DNA of 64,000 nt from Octopus vulgaris (GCA_951406725.2 OX597814.1:175460001-175524000), one strand, 5' to 3'. Positions 13,181-26,784 are shown, counted from the first letter of the stretch. Translations and numbers: made by a program. The notes: generated by a model from the letters alone, not told the origin.

Positions 13181-13675
13181 TTACAATACTCTGGCATTCT
13201 AATAAATTTCTTTTGTTTACTCAAGTATAATTCAGTAAATTTAATCTGTTAAGCTATTACGAATATTGTAAAATAGGTTTTAAAATTTATTAACATTTAT
13301 CTATTGTAATTTAATTTGCAAAACGTAATCACAAAATGAATTCAGGTAAATGTATATGTACTAATATCATTTGTTCTTTTGGTATGTTTCAATAATACTA
13401 CTAAGTTCAGTGGTAACCAGACCATTACATTCAAAGCACACTTCGTGGATCTCTGAAGTCAACAGTACCAGTCGTATATCTAGCAGTACGCTCAAGATTT
13501 TCTATGTACTAATATCGGAAAAATAAAAGATTTTCTATATGGAATGCCCTTTTTGACTCAGGCAATCTTGGAATAGCGGAAAAGATATCCTGAAACATGA
13601 ATAAAAAGATTCCCGTGGCTAAAAGTTTAAGACTTATAATGCTCTACATAACTCCTTGGTTGTAAATATCTTGTA

Positions 13676-13722
<47 letters not shown>

Positions 13723-13724
13723 AT

Positions 13725-14640
13725 GATAATAATCTTGAGAGAAAAACTAAGAAGTTGTTGACGATGTATGGAACCCATCATCCGAAAGCTGATATCGACC
13801 GGCTGTACTTGAAGAGAAACCAGGATGGAAGAGGCTTAATAGTAGTAGAAGGATGTGTGCAGATGGAAAGAAAAAGTCTAGCAGAGTATTTACTGGGCAG
13901 TACAGAAAAACTATTAAAGACAGTAAATAAAGAACAGGCGATGAAGCGCGTGATAGAAGAAAATGAGAGGAATGAAATACAAAGAGAGCATGTCAGACAG
14001 AGCGAAAAGAAACCTCTGCATGGCCAATTTTGGAGAGCCACTGAAGACGCATCTGGAACAAAATCCTGAGCTTTGTTCAAAAAGAAACAGGGAGCTTAAT
14101 TGTAGCAGCCCAAGATCAAGCGGTAAAAACAAACAACTTGAGAAAAAATATATATGGAGAGAATGTGTCAGAAAAATGTATAGCCTGAGGAACTTGGAAC
14201 GTGACAGTGATACACATTGTTGCAGAATGCTCAAAGTTGGCACAGGAGGATTATAAGAAATTGAGGTACAACCAGGTCGTAAAAGTTTTACACTGGAAAC
14301 TATTTCAGAAATGGGGATTTGAAGCTAGAAACACACGGTACAATTATCGAGTACTGGAGTCGGACAAATGTAAGATTTTGTGGGACTTTCTATTCAAACG
14401 GACAAGAAGTTAGAAAATAATAGGGTAAACATAGCAATTATAAATAAGGAAACGCGAAGTTGCTTACTTATCGACCCATCAATATTGATACCAGGATCGT
14501 AAAGAAAGGGGAAGGAAAGCAAAGTAAAAAGAAAATGCAATCTCTTAAAATTTGAAATAGGAAGAATTTGGAGCATGCAAACTAAAGGTCATGCCTATAA
14601 TAATTGTTGCTTTAGGAAAAGTAACCAAAAACAACGTGGT
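13725..14640 (+). mobile_element. 5'-truncated R4/Dong-like (RLE) non-LTR retrotransposon
   Basis: ERKTKKLLTMYGTHHPKADIDRLYLKRNQDGRGLI, KPLHGQFWR, LIVAAQDQA, zinc-knuckle remnant HIVAECSKLA, RYNQV (RHN-like) and ILWDF plus an RLE-like segment, across frameshifts. It starts at a (TAC)n/(TAA) run. Confidence 0.9.
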
Positions 14641-17137
14641 TTCGAAGCAAACTTCTTAACCATACAGCTATGTATGCTATTAATACTATGTTTCGGAGGA
14701 ATAACGAGTAAAGTCTATCCGTGTAGGATTTGGACTGCACTCATATATGGCTACGTTATTTTATTAGTTGTTATTGTCTAACTTCCTTTATAATTCAAAA
14801 TATGATGATATTGGTCTCCTGGTCTTTCGGATAATTTGCTTAACTGACTTTCTGTTACTTTGTGCATATACATAGTAAAGTTTTGATAACCAAAATGAAA
14901 GCTTTAGAAACTCTCGTTAATTACACACTGTTCTCGCTGTTTACTCATGAAACATATTGCCTCCTGGGGCGCAAGACAAATGGTTAGCCTGTGACTACAT
15001 AAGCAATAAAATGGCCTGCATTTTCCTCTAATACGAATCTACAAGAAACCATTTACCATTTTGTAAATGGTAGGTTTCTGGAACATTCGCGGTTGTGATA
15101 TAGCTACATTTGTTGGTGAATTGATTTTATCTATGGCAATTATAATACATAACACGAAATTCCCGAAGTTATAAGCGAACAGCATGACCAGTCAAGCAGA
15201 TAATTTGATTTTCTGCTGAATAATTAATTATTTTTACAGCGAAGAACGTATTCTAAGGAAGTAAATTTACTGTCCAAGCGTTTCATAAATAAAACAAATG
15301 CTACTGAGCGGGGATCTATTTGGCACTGTAGCTTAATATCTATTTTATCTTCAATGACGATTCTAAACAATACAATTGAAGTTCACATAAATCGTTGTGG
15401 TGTTTATCAGATTTCTCGAGACCAGTTTTGTGTTTACTGAACCCTTACCTTTCGGACATTAATTAATATTTATTTGACATCAAAGTTTTATTTTGGCTTT
15501 AATTTCTTTTCATTTTACGTTTTATAATATTTTCCAGTACTCAGTCTCCTCTAGTGAAGGTCATTGAAGAAAGCAAAAGTGATACTGATAATTAGCGACC
15601 ATTTTATTAAAATGGGCGAAAGAAATCAATAAAATAGAAATCAGTATAAAAATCTAGTAATTCAAGGCCGAACTACTCGATTATTCAATAAATTTAATAC
15701 ATGTTTTACAAAGCAGTCATTTTAACATAATTGAATTACTAAGCTATTACGTGTTACTGCTTTGGACAGTCATCTTTAGATCATGACAACCTTTGTGCTG
15801 TTTCCATTTCTTGCTGACTTCAATTCCATCATTTTCAACGAATTTTGCCGTGAATTTTTTATCTTCCAATCTCATTAGTTGTGCTCTTTCTATCATACTA
15901 AATTTCTTTGAAAATCGCGTACTATATGCACACTTTAAATTGGAAGAGTGTCTCCCTTAATTATTCCATTTTCTTTATATTTTCCCGTCAGACATTCATC
16001 TCCAACCTATCAAACTCGGACTGAACTGCTACAAATTCTCGCGCCCTTTCTCATCCTTTCAGTCGTACAGGACAATCCCTTGTTATGGGAACTAGAGTCT
16101 CTCTCAAATTTGGGACGAAGTGATGCAAAACTACAAATCCGAGTATTGCCAGATGTCTGTTTGCGAGCAATAACCGCATTAAGAGACGCGTTTTCAATCA
16201 AAATATTTCAAGAAGAAATTCTCTGAGCGGTATAGTCTTACTAAAATAGCATGACTTGTCTGGACAGAGATAAATTCATGTCACTGCAATGAAAGGTTAG
16301 AAGCTGTTATAAAAAAATTAAAAAAAGCAGAAATCATTGGACACTTCAATACTAAAAACGTCAAATATTCAAATTTTTTTAAAGCAAATAAACCAATTAA
16401 AAAGAAAAGAATCGGAAAAGCCTTACAGTTATTCTCTTGAATTTAATCCTGCTCTTCGATCATTGAGAAGACAGGCATAGCATTAGTTGTATATATACTT
16501 AATTCCAATTCTCAGCGGTGTAGTGATTAACGTCTGAAATGATGTGAAAATTGTGTCGAATCATGCAATTATAAATGTTTAATCTTCGTCAAATTAACAT
16601 AAAGCTACTCGAGAAATTCTTGCGAGATTTATTTCACACTGTTTTTAACCCATTGGTTTATATATATTCTTAATTTACAGACTGAAGCTAAATGTAGTTT
16701 AAAAAATGTAATTATTGTATAACGAGCGTGTTGACTTTTGACTTAGATGAATAAATATATAGCTTTCTCAAGTAGTTGTACCGAATACTTTTTCTTGAAT
16801 CTGTCAACGGGTTACACCTCCTTGTCAAAGTTTAATTACTTATTTTAGATATATGAGGAAGTTCGTTGTTACTGCTTTTGCTTTAGAATTGATCAGTAAG
16901 TATTGTTCATAGTTTAACTGTACCTGATTAAATGATGCTCTGAATAAATATAACTATTTCCTGTATAGGTACAGAGCCAAAAGTTAATAGATGAGGGGAA
17001 ATGAGATTAAATGATGTATGTCTTAGGGACTTTAGTAACCTGTTATTAAAATACTGAATTCCTTTTCACTAAAAAGTTTCACAGGAGGTAACTGGAATTG
17101 GTATAGCCCACACTTTTTCTCCAGCAAGTCATTGAAA

Positions 17138-17349
17138 GGATCTTTTCGGTGTGAACAGCAGTTTTTAAAAATAATTTCCACGTAACTAAACACTTTTAAA
17201 CTTCGTATACTGGTAGAATGTGTTTATAAAACATCTTTTTCTCTTGGCTTTATTGAGAAAATTCTATAGTTTGTAAGATATTTGTTGTTTTTTTCTTCAA
17301 TTTCTGCAGTTTCAACCAATCAATGACGCCTATTGAGGTGAAAACATTG
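17138..17349 (+). mobile_element. Solitary long-TIR end related to the 48709-50164 element
   Basis: Starts ggatctttt and shares taactaaaca...aaacttcgtatactggtagaatgtgt...cttggc...tgagaaaatt with the 48709 TIR. Confidence 0.75.
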
Positions 17350-17379
17350 AACTCAGAACATAAAGGCGAACGAAATGCC

Positions 17380-17610
17380 TATTTCTTTACTACCCACAAG
17401 GGGCTAAACACAGAGAGGATAAACAAGGACAGACAAACGGATTAAGTCGATTATATCGACCCCAGTGCGTAACTGGTACTTATTTAATCGACCCCGAAAG
17501 GAGGAAAGGCAAAGTTGACCTCGGCGGAATTTGAACTCAGAACGTAGCGGCAGACGAAATACCGCAAAGCATTTTGTACGGCGTGCTAACGTTTCAGCCA
17601 GCTCACCGCC
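17380..17610 (-). mobile_element. Full SINE family A copy abutting a fragment of another copy
   Basis: Highly similar to 6297-6529. The junction is gaaatgcc|tatttctttac. Confidence 0.9.
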
Positions 17611-17829
17611 CGGAATTTGCTAACATAACAGAGTGCTCAGAGCGAGCCCCGCCGGCTTGCATACGAAAAGCATGGAATGATGGTCGTATATATGTAGAAT
17701 ATTCTTTAAAATGTAATAATTAAACTTTAAACTCTGAAAAGCTGTAGTTCTTTGTTTCAAATAGGAAAAAAGTAGAACCAATTTCTGTTTGCCATAGACC
17801 AAATCCACCACTCGTATTTCTAAAAAATT

Positions 17830-17970
17830 ATTTTTTCTGTGTCCCTTTCTGTAGAAGAGCGTAGGCTCGAAACGTAAAATACTTTTTCTATTCCTGAGCG
17901 TTATACTAATACATCTGTTTGTTTTGTACACCACCTGTCTTCGTCTTATGTTTTTTTCGTAAACTCTCCC
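17830..17970 (+). mobile_element. Penelope-like terminal repeat fragment with variant hammerhead motif (17843-17879)
   Basis: cccttt-CTGTAGA-a-gagc gtag gctc-GAAA-cg-TA-aaat. Homologous to the reverse complement of 1-100. Confidence 0.55.
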
Positions 17971-18796
17971 CACTCGCATTTCTACTACAACTTGATCATC
18001 GGGTATATTTAGCGGAGTACAATTTCTTGCAAATATTCGGACTTGTGCATCGGGGCTGAAAATATCGAGATTTTTCTCCCTTTCTGTCACCATTTTCGAA
18101 TCCATGCAAAATAGGGTAATATCAACAATATTTACTTCTGAAAAAGCCATGAAAAGTAAATATATATATTTTTAAAAAATTGCTTTGTGACTAGGTCTAT
18201 TTCAACTGTTCCAATACTACTAAATGCCACTCTTTTGAATAACAGAGTAAAACAAAACGATATGATCAATGGGTTTCTCCTTGGTTGCTAATATATATGA
18301 AAGACAAACAGTAGTTGTATTTATATTTAATCAACATGAAAGCTAAATAAGAAAATCGTCTCGGACTTTTTATTACTGATCAGCTTAATTAGTTAGCAGT
18401 CAATTCCTACGAACTTTCAATTAACCAGTAACAAATTGGTGTTTTACAACATTGTATTCTAGAACGAACTGCATTAAGATTGCATAAGACAGAGAAGACA
18501 CGTTTATTACATTTTCTTGACGCAACTAAATTTTATTAGTGATATTTCAGTATATTAACGACTTCTTGGCAACTAGCAATGTAAGATATAAATGAATCCG
18601 CCACCCCGCAAATACAAAAGCTCTCTCTCACACACATATACGTGTGTTAAATTGTCGAACTAACGAGAGAGGTGTTGTAGAGTATATGGTTTATTGAAAC
18701 TAAATGTTTATCTTGCTACTTGCGTTTCACGCCATTGCGGTCTCGCCTGGAGATCGCAGTGACGTGCAACACAATATGAAGTTCTAGATTTAACAA

Positions 18797-18846
<50 letters not shown>

Positions 18847-19081
18847 AATAATCATGTTTATGAGGTTTCGAATGGGAAGTTGTTGCTCTTTAAACAGGGA
18901 TGTATTTCATCCAAGCATACACCGGTTTGGCTCCACATCGATTAAGTTTCCTAGAATTTGTTAATTTGAGTTAGTATTAGTGTTTATTGATGGTTCTTCT
19001 TCGACATCTGTGCTTAACACTTATGAAATTCCAGTTGTCGTTATAGATTTTTTCATCTATCCGATATAGGAGAACAGAACT

Positions 19082-19155
19082 TTTCATGTCACCTACACAC
19101 GTTTCAATTTTAAATATGGAGGTGAGAAATTGAAACGTGCGTAGGTGACATGAAA
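19082..19155. repeat. Hairpin with 29-bp arms and 16-nt loop
   Basis: tttcatgtcacctacacacgtttcaattt / aaattgaaacgtgcgtaggtgacatgaaa, with one mismatch. Confidence 0.9.
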
Positions 19156-19224
19156 TTGACTATTATATAAATGAATTGATATTTCTGTGTTCATATTCAC
19201 CATTGTCTTTATACTAAATATATA

Positions 19225-19405
19225 TGTTTTTCTACTCTAGGAACAAAGCCGGACATTTTTGGGGAGGGGATCAGTCGATTAGATCGACCCCAGTACGCAA
19301 CTGGTACCTAATTTATCGACCCCGAAAGGATGAAAGGCAAACTGTACCTCGGTTGATTTTGAACTCAGAACGTAAAGCGAGACGAAATACCGCTAAGCAT
19401 TTCGC
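19225..19405 (-). mobile_element. SINE family A (alternative-tail subfamily)
   Basis: Core gaccccgaaaggatgaaaggcaaa...gaactcagaacgtaaag. Confidence 0.85.
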
Positions 19406-19517
19406 TTATATATATATGATAATTCGCGAAACTCTCGACCTTTGAGTCACTTTGTTGTTTCTGCTAAATATTAATATACATTTATATGTATGCATACTTA
19501 TATATATCTACACACAT

Positions 19518-19748
19518 AGGCAGCGAGCTGGCAGAAACGTTAGCGCGCCGGGCGAAATGCTTAGCGGTATTTCGTCTGTCGTTACGTTCTGAGTTCAAAT
19601 TCCACCGAGGTCAACTTTGCCTTTCATCCTCTCGGGGTCGATAAATAAAGTACCAGTTACGCACTGGGTCAATGTAATCGACTTAATCCCTTTGTCTGTC
19701 CTTGTTTGTCCCCTCTGTGTTTAGCCCCTTGTGGGTAGTAAAGAAATA
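19518..19748 (+). mobile_element. Full SINE family A copy with probable approx. 16-bp TSD
   Basis: Complete head to tail, flanked by tatatatctacacaca (19501) and tatatgtctacacaca (19751). Confidence 0.9.
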
Positions 19749-20098
19749 TATATATGTCTACACACAGGCTGTGTGGTAAGAAGCTTGCTTTCGAACCGTA
19801 TATATATATATATATATTTCTGTTATATTTCTGCTGCTTTTAAATAAAGCATATTACTCTACCTCTGGTATTTGAGTACTCTTTTTTCCGCCTTGTTTCA
19901 CATGTATGTGCTTACACCGGAATATATATATATATATATATATATGAAGGAATATTATTCCAAACTTACAGGAGAAAATTAAATTTAGAAATACTAAATC
20001 AAATTTCACGAAATATAATATATATTATATTTTGTGAAATTTAATTTAGTATTTCTAAATTGAATTTTCCCCTGTAAGTTTGGAATAATATTCCTTCA

Positions 20099-20195
<97 letters not shown>

Positions 20196-20206
20196 GTTAT
20201 TATTAA

Positions 20207-20275
<69 letters not shown>

Positions 20276-20297
20276 CATCATCATAATAATAATAATA

Positions 20298-20335
<38 letters not shown>

Positions 20336-20605
20336 TAGGGAATATTATTCCAAACCAGGGGAAAATTAATTTAGAAATATAAATTAAATTTCACAAAATA
20401 TAATATATATTATATTTCGTGAAATTTGATTTAGTATTTCTAAATTTAATTTTCTCCTGTAAGTTTGGAATAATATTCTTCATATTATATATATATATAT
20501 ATATTCCGGTGTAAGCACATACATGTGAAACAAGGCGGAAAAAAGAGTACTCAAATACCAGAGGTAGAGTAATATGCTTTATTTAAAAGCAGCAGAAATA
20601 TAACA

Positions 20606-20688
<83 letters not shown>

Positions 20689-20752
20689 CACATAAATGTG
20701 AAACAAGGGTTCGAGGAAAAACCACACAGCCTGTGTGTAGACAAATATATAT
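19747..20752. repeat. Approx. 1-kb nested palindrome centred on an (ATT)n/(AAT)n switch
   Basis: About 19815-20100 is the reverse complement of about 20337-20610. The outer arms ctacacacaggctgtgtggt / accacacagcctgtgtgtag also match. Confidence 0.9.
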
Positions 20753-20820
20753 TACTAAAAAAACACATACATACATACAGAGTAAGCACATAAATGTGAA
20801 ACAAGGAGGAAAAAGAGTAC

Positions 20821-21047
20821 TGAAAAATTAAATTAATAATGAAAAATTATTTAGATTTAAAAAAATTACATCTTTTAGAATGATTAAATATAAGATAAAA
20901 ACATATAACAATGATTAAGTAATGTGCAAAATATATACGTTTTATTTATTATTTTGCAATTTACTTAATCATTCTTATATGTTTTTATCTTATATTTAAT
21001 CATTCTATAAGATGTAATTTTTCTAAATGGTATAATTTAATTTTTCA
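20821..21047. repeat. AT-rich fold-back with approx. 70-bp core arms
   Basis: aaaaattacatcttttagaatgattaaatataagataaaaacatataa... pairs with ...ttatatgtttttatcttatatttaatcattctataagatgtaattttt. Confidence 0.85.
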
Positions 21048-21071
21048 TAATTGAATTGATAAAAGGTGTTT

Positions 21072-21660
<589 letters not shown>

Positions 21661-22259
21661 AATATATATATATCTTGTTCTTTCTTTCTGTTTTTCTCTC
21701 TTATCTTTCCTTATTCTTCTCCTCTCCCCTTCACCGTTCCCCCTCTCTCTCACTCTTCCTCCTTGACTCTGTCGTTGCTCAAACGTGACCAACGGCCATC
21801 CATCTTTCTTTCTTCCACTTCCTTCCTAAAGAGAAGACTTGCTTTTATCTGTCTCTTCTCAAAGCTCGTTTTTCCAGGGTTCACCACTTCACTTTCAGGG
21901 TTCACCACTTCACATCGTCTTAACTTAACAGCCCTCACTGTTTGTTTTTACTGTTTTGTTCTCACTGTCCTGCTTTTGTTACCACTTTCACCCTCTGCAA
22001 AAAATCCCAAATTTTATTTAATTTGCTTTGTGGGAAGGACTGTTTGAACGAAGTCGCGTCTTGTCCTTACCTTTGAAATGCGGAGTAGATAAAACAAGGG
22101 AAAACTGATGAAGGGAATGTTCTTTATGTTTCATGACTCGTTTCTTTGGTTGCTTTTTTTTTCGTTGTTAAAAAAAAGTTCGTTTTCTATGTTTTTGTTT
22201 TTCATATTTCCGTTTTTCATTTTGTCTACGTTTTTTTGATGTCTTCAACCTATATTTGC

Positions 22260-22316
<57 letters not shown>

Positions 22317-23066
22317 TGTAGGTATGTACGTATATGTATGTATATATGCATATATTTATATATCATTTATATCATAATATATATATATATATAAATTTTT
22401 TTCAGAATGAGATAAAAAACCAAGGCTGTGAAGATTTTAGAATATTTATAAATAGAAGGTCGTGCAGATGTTTCCAGGATATTTATTATATCCCTTTATC
22501 GGGGATGGTGTGAGAAAATAGTTAAGCAATAGTTAATTTAGATAAGATACGAAATACAGAGTGAATTGGAGGAATGAAAATAGATGTGAGATATGCATGG
22601 ATATTGCATTTATAGATCCATTATTTAGCCAGAATGGTATACATATAATATTTCAATACCTTGTGAGTAAAATCCAATAGTATCTAAAATTGGTTATTCC
22701 AAGTATAAAGTTTGTACACAGTGCTATTGAGGGGTTTTATTTAAAGTGAACTAAAAGTAGGGAATGTATTTGTAAGGTCAAATCTAAAACAGGAAGAGAG
22801 GAATAAATAAAAGGGAAAAAAGAGAGAGAAGAAAAAAGAGAAGAAGAAAATAAGAGAAGAAAAAAGAAGAAAAAACAGGAAGAGAGGAATAAAGAAACGA
22901 AAAAATAAAAATAAAAAGATAAAAAGAAAAAGGAAAAACAAGGATTGAGATAATAAGGGAAAGTGTACCAGTTAGTGGTCAGTCAAGATAATTTGAAAGT
23001 AGGAATGTGGAAATGAGGGTGATAGAGAGAGAACGGTATAAGAGTGTAAAAAGATAGAAGGAATGG

Positions 23067-23104
<38 letters not shown>

Positions 23105-24154
23105 AAGAGAGGTATAAACAGTAAGGGAGTGTCAGTTAAGTAGTGATAGAGTCTAAGTGATGGGGCAGATAGAGGGGTAGTAGTATGCAGTATGTAGTAG
23201 AATTTAGGAATATAGATTAGGTGGTGGGACAGGTCAGTGCTTAGTAGTCTACATGTGTACATATACACATGAGTATGAGTTGTATAGGTAGATATTGATA
23301 TGTATAAATATCTGTATAAATATATATATACATGTCTAATATATACATGTGTATATATCTTCACATATATATTTTCTTCTACTATGTTTATATTATATAT
23401 TTATATAAACTGTTTTTTCTTCTATTCCATGAATTACTGGTACGTATGTATGTAAAACACAGTCTTTACATATGTATATATTCCCATAAATGTTTTAGAA
23501 TAAATAAATAGACATAATATAATGTCTAACAGTTGATGTATACTATTTCTGTATCCCCTCCATTTTCTTCTTGCCGTCTCCTCCTTCCTTCTTCCTTACT
23601 GCCAGCCTATAAAAAATTCCTTTACACGTTGCTCCTACTACTGAAAAGACTGCCTTCCACGCGCTGCCACAGTATCCTTCGTCTATGCCAGAAAAAAGGC
23701 TTTTTCGTTCGTCCTTTTGTGTGTTTGATTTCCTGTATCGTATTCTCTTTTTATTTTCTCGTTTTGTATTTATTTGTATTTTTTGTACATGTATTTTTAA
23801 TTTTGCAGTTTTATTGTTACGTCCTGTTCGTGTTTGTACTCATTTTGCCCCGCTGCTTGGAATTTTATTTTAATTCTCTCGCAGGAAGGCCTAGTGGATT
23901 AATGTTCTGTCTTTGCCTTCGAAACATGCTTGAGTCTACTAGCGACAGCTGATGACGGGGTTTTTTTCCTTGTGTAGCACGTCCTGTAACTGTTTTTTTT
24001 CGTTTTCTTGTTTTTTGTTTTTTTGTTTTTCCCGTTTCTACGTCTTATTGTGGTGTCCTGTACTCACGTATAATTATTTATATATGCATGTATATATACA
24101 TGTAGATGTAGGTACGTACATATATGTTTGTATGTATGCATATATTTTTATTTA

Positions 24155-24226
<72 letters not shown>

Positions 24227-24387
24227 GTATTCTTCATTATGATACTTTTCATTTTCATTACATTTTATGTACTTCTTTCAAAAACTCAAGTCGAGGCACT
24301 AATTTTGGATCACCCTGTATATATGTATATATATATATATATAAATTTATAAATAAGGATAGTATCGATAGACGCCCTTATTTTTAG

Positions 24388-24430
<43 letters not shown>

Positions 24431-24433
<3 letters not shown>

Positions 24434-24710
24434 TCTTGCGAGTGGAGTGAATAGCTGGCAATTAGCATACGCCGAGGACGGGTAACCACCCATAAACTCG
24501 AGTCCGTGTGTATCACGTAAGGCTAGAGATGGGAGTGATGACCTCTTCTCGCATATACTAATCGGACACAGAATGTGTGTCGTTAGCCAGGTGGAAGAGA
24601 TGTCTTCTTGGAGTTATTGGACGCCACACTTGGCTGGCATTTACCTGTTACGATTCCGTATTGCCTCCGTAGTGATTGCCGACGTCCATGAAGAAACGAG
24701 TTCTTTATAC
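24431..24710 (+). mobile_element. Diverged retrozyme-like element in (TA)n with degenerate hammerhead (24466-24510)
   Basis: catacg-CCGAGGA-cgggt aacc acccat-AAA-ctcgag-TC-cgtgtgtatca. About 110 nt downstream aligns with the minus strand of about 46345-46456. Confidence 0.8.
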
Positions 24711-25254
24711 ACATATATATATACATTAAAAAATGTTAATATTTTGCACCTCCTTTGGGTCTGTATTTATATAAAAAATATGTATAACTATATTACAAAG
24801 ATAGATATACAATAAACTTAGATAATTTAGCATTAGAGTGAGGAGGATAACGAATTTGTTCCCGGTCAGTTTCATCTGTAGTGTTTAAGCCACCTATTTA
24901 ACTCTAGTCACGATTTCTTGGAATAATTGATAAAAATGTACATAGTATATATAGATTCATCGGTAAACAGGATGCAATCGTAGTAATTGGACATCTAAGT
25001 CAGAGATGTAATGTAGAAATTTATGGATTCTTGTATTTGTGGGAATATAAAACATCTTAGCTTCTAGGAAAACGCTTCTAGCAAATATTCTGATTTGAAT
25101 GTAAATCAAGGTGTTAAAAGAAACAAACGAATACAAGGTAATTGCTACCAGGTCACTGTATAACTAGTGAAAGGATAGCTGGTCACCGAATTCTCTTGGA
25201 GTGAAAGAGAAAGAAAGGAAGAGGGGAAAGATATATAGAGAGGTAATAAAACCA

Positions 25255-25500
25255 GGAAGGCACATGGCTTAGTGGTAAGGGTATGATCGTAAGTTCGTGG
25301 TTTTGATTCCTTGACCGGGTGTGGTGTGTTGTACTCTCTCCCTCGAGTAAAATACTTCATTTCACGTTGCCCCAGTCCACTGAACTTTATATGAGTAACC
25401 CTGGGACAGACTGGCCTCCTGTTCAGGGGAAATATCGTGATCTCAGTCACTTATGCACCATGGAAACCGGGTAAACGACCTTATGAGTTCTAAGACTTAC
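25255..25500 (+). mobile_element. Old tRNA-derived CORE-like SINE (family D)
   Basis: A-box tggcttagtggt, B-box-like gttttgattcc, CORE-like ctcgagtaaaatacttcatttcac, and 3' aaccctgggacagactggcctcctgttcagggg. Minus-strand fragments of similar type lie near 26790-26930 and 36040-36135. Confidence 0.6.
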
Positions 25501-26752
25501 TTTAATAAAACCGAATCATGAAGTTGATGAATGAACAATTAGGAGAAGCGTGGAACAGAAACGTCAAAATATTCTAGACTTTTATCTTTTGCGCGTCCCA
25601 CATAATTTTCATAAATTTTTCCAGCATGGGATGTATCTTTCTGTATCCACCTCTCCATTATTAGATGATGAGTGGTGTATGCATATGTGCCTGTAAATGT
25701 GTATATAGTTTTGCGTGAGCGTGTGTATGTATATGTGTTTGTATGCGTACGCGTTTGTTTGAAGAACTAAGCTACATCAACTCAAATATATATTGCGTCG
25801 TACATACAACAATGGAATTGTGAAGTAATAGAATTACAAAGAAGTATTTTCTGTTGGAAAAAGATGTCCAAAATAATATATTTAAAACTAACAAATGTCA
25901 GAACTCGTTTATTGATAAACTACTTGTGGAATCTGTGGGAATTCCATACTTTCTGAAAGTTCGTATTTCTACATTTTCATAACTTATTTTTACTATGTTA
26001 CAGATTCCAGCCAAACCTTCGATTTCTTTCCATAGTGTATCTTGTTTAAAGTATAACACTCGTACTTGCTTAATTATGTTTAAAATTATATTTTCGATTT
26101 CATTCCGTAGCCAAATATTCTTAAAAACGTGACATCCGAACACATATCACGACAGTGAAGTTTAAAATAATTTGAAGTGATCGCAAAGGTAAGGCATCTA
26201 CTGGATTTTCGGAAACAAATTCTCTGGGACTGTTTCTCATCATCCACTAATTAAGGATTACATAAATAGTGATGTGCTCGAAAACTGAAGCGTGTAATGT
26301 TACGTACCTCACTCAGATATATATGAAAACATCTGTGGAAGAAAGGAAAATAACTTGTAATCTGCCACCTGCAGTACGAATCAATCAGGGCTTATCCGTA
26401 CAGTCGCTTGAACTCCTAATATATAACAAGCAAATATCCTACAAATCGCACCCCACCGTCTCAGAAATGGGAAGGATATATTAAATAACAGATTCATAGA
26501 TAAACCATCCATGAAAATTAAGACGAAACAGTCAGTGTTAGAAGCTTTCGATTACAAATCTGGTCAATCAGAACTGACCTGGAAATAAATAGAGTACAGT
26601 ACAACCAGCCATTATTCACGAGCAAGAATGGCTTCGTAATATGTAACGTGTTTTTTCTAATTGTTTCAGATACATATATATATATAGACGCCCTGTTTCT
26701 TTTGACCCAGCAGAACGTCCAAGAATGAGAGAGAAAGGGAAAGAGAGAGCGG

Positions 26753-26784
<32 letters not shown>

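Noticed and set aside
15948-16226. Relatively GC-richer unique stretch with short ORFs on both strands
   Set aside because: No recognisable protein motif and no consistent splice boundaries, so it cannot be supported as an exon.
17620-18150. Longest ORF in the track (176 aa, minus strand)
   Set aside because: It runs antisense through a repeat fragment (17830-17970) and has no recognisable domain.
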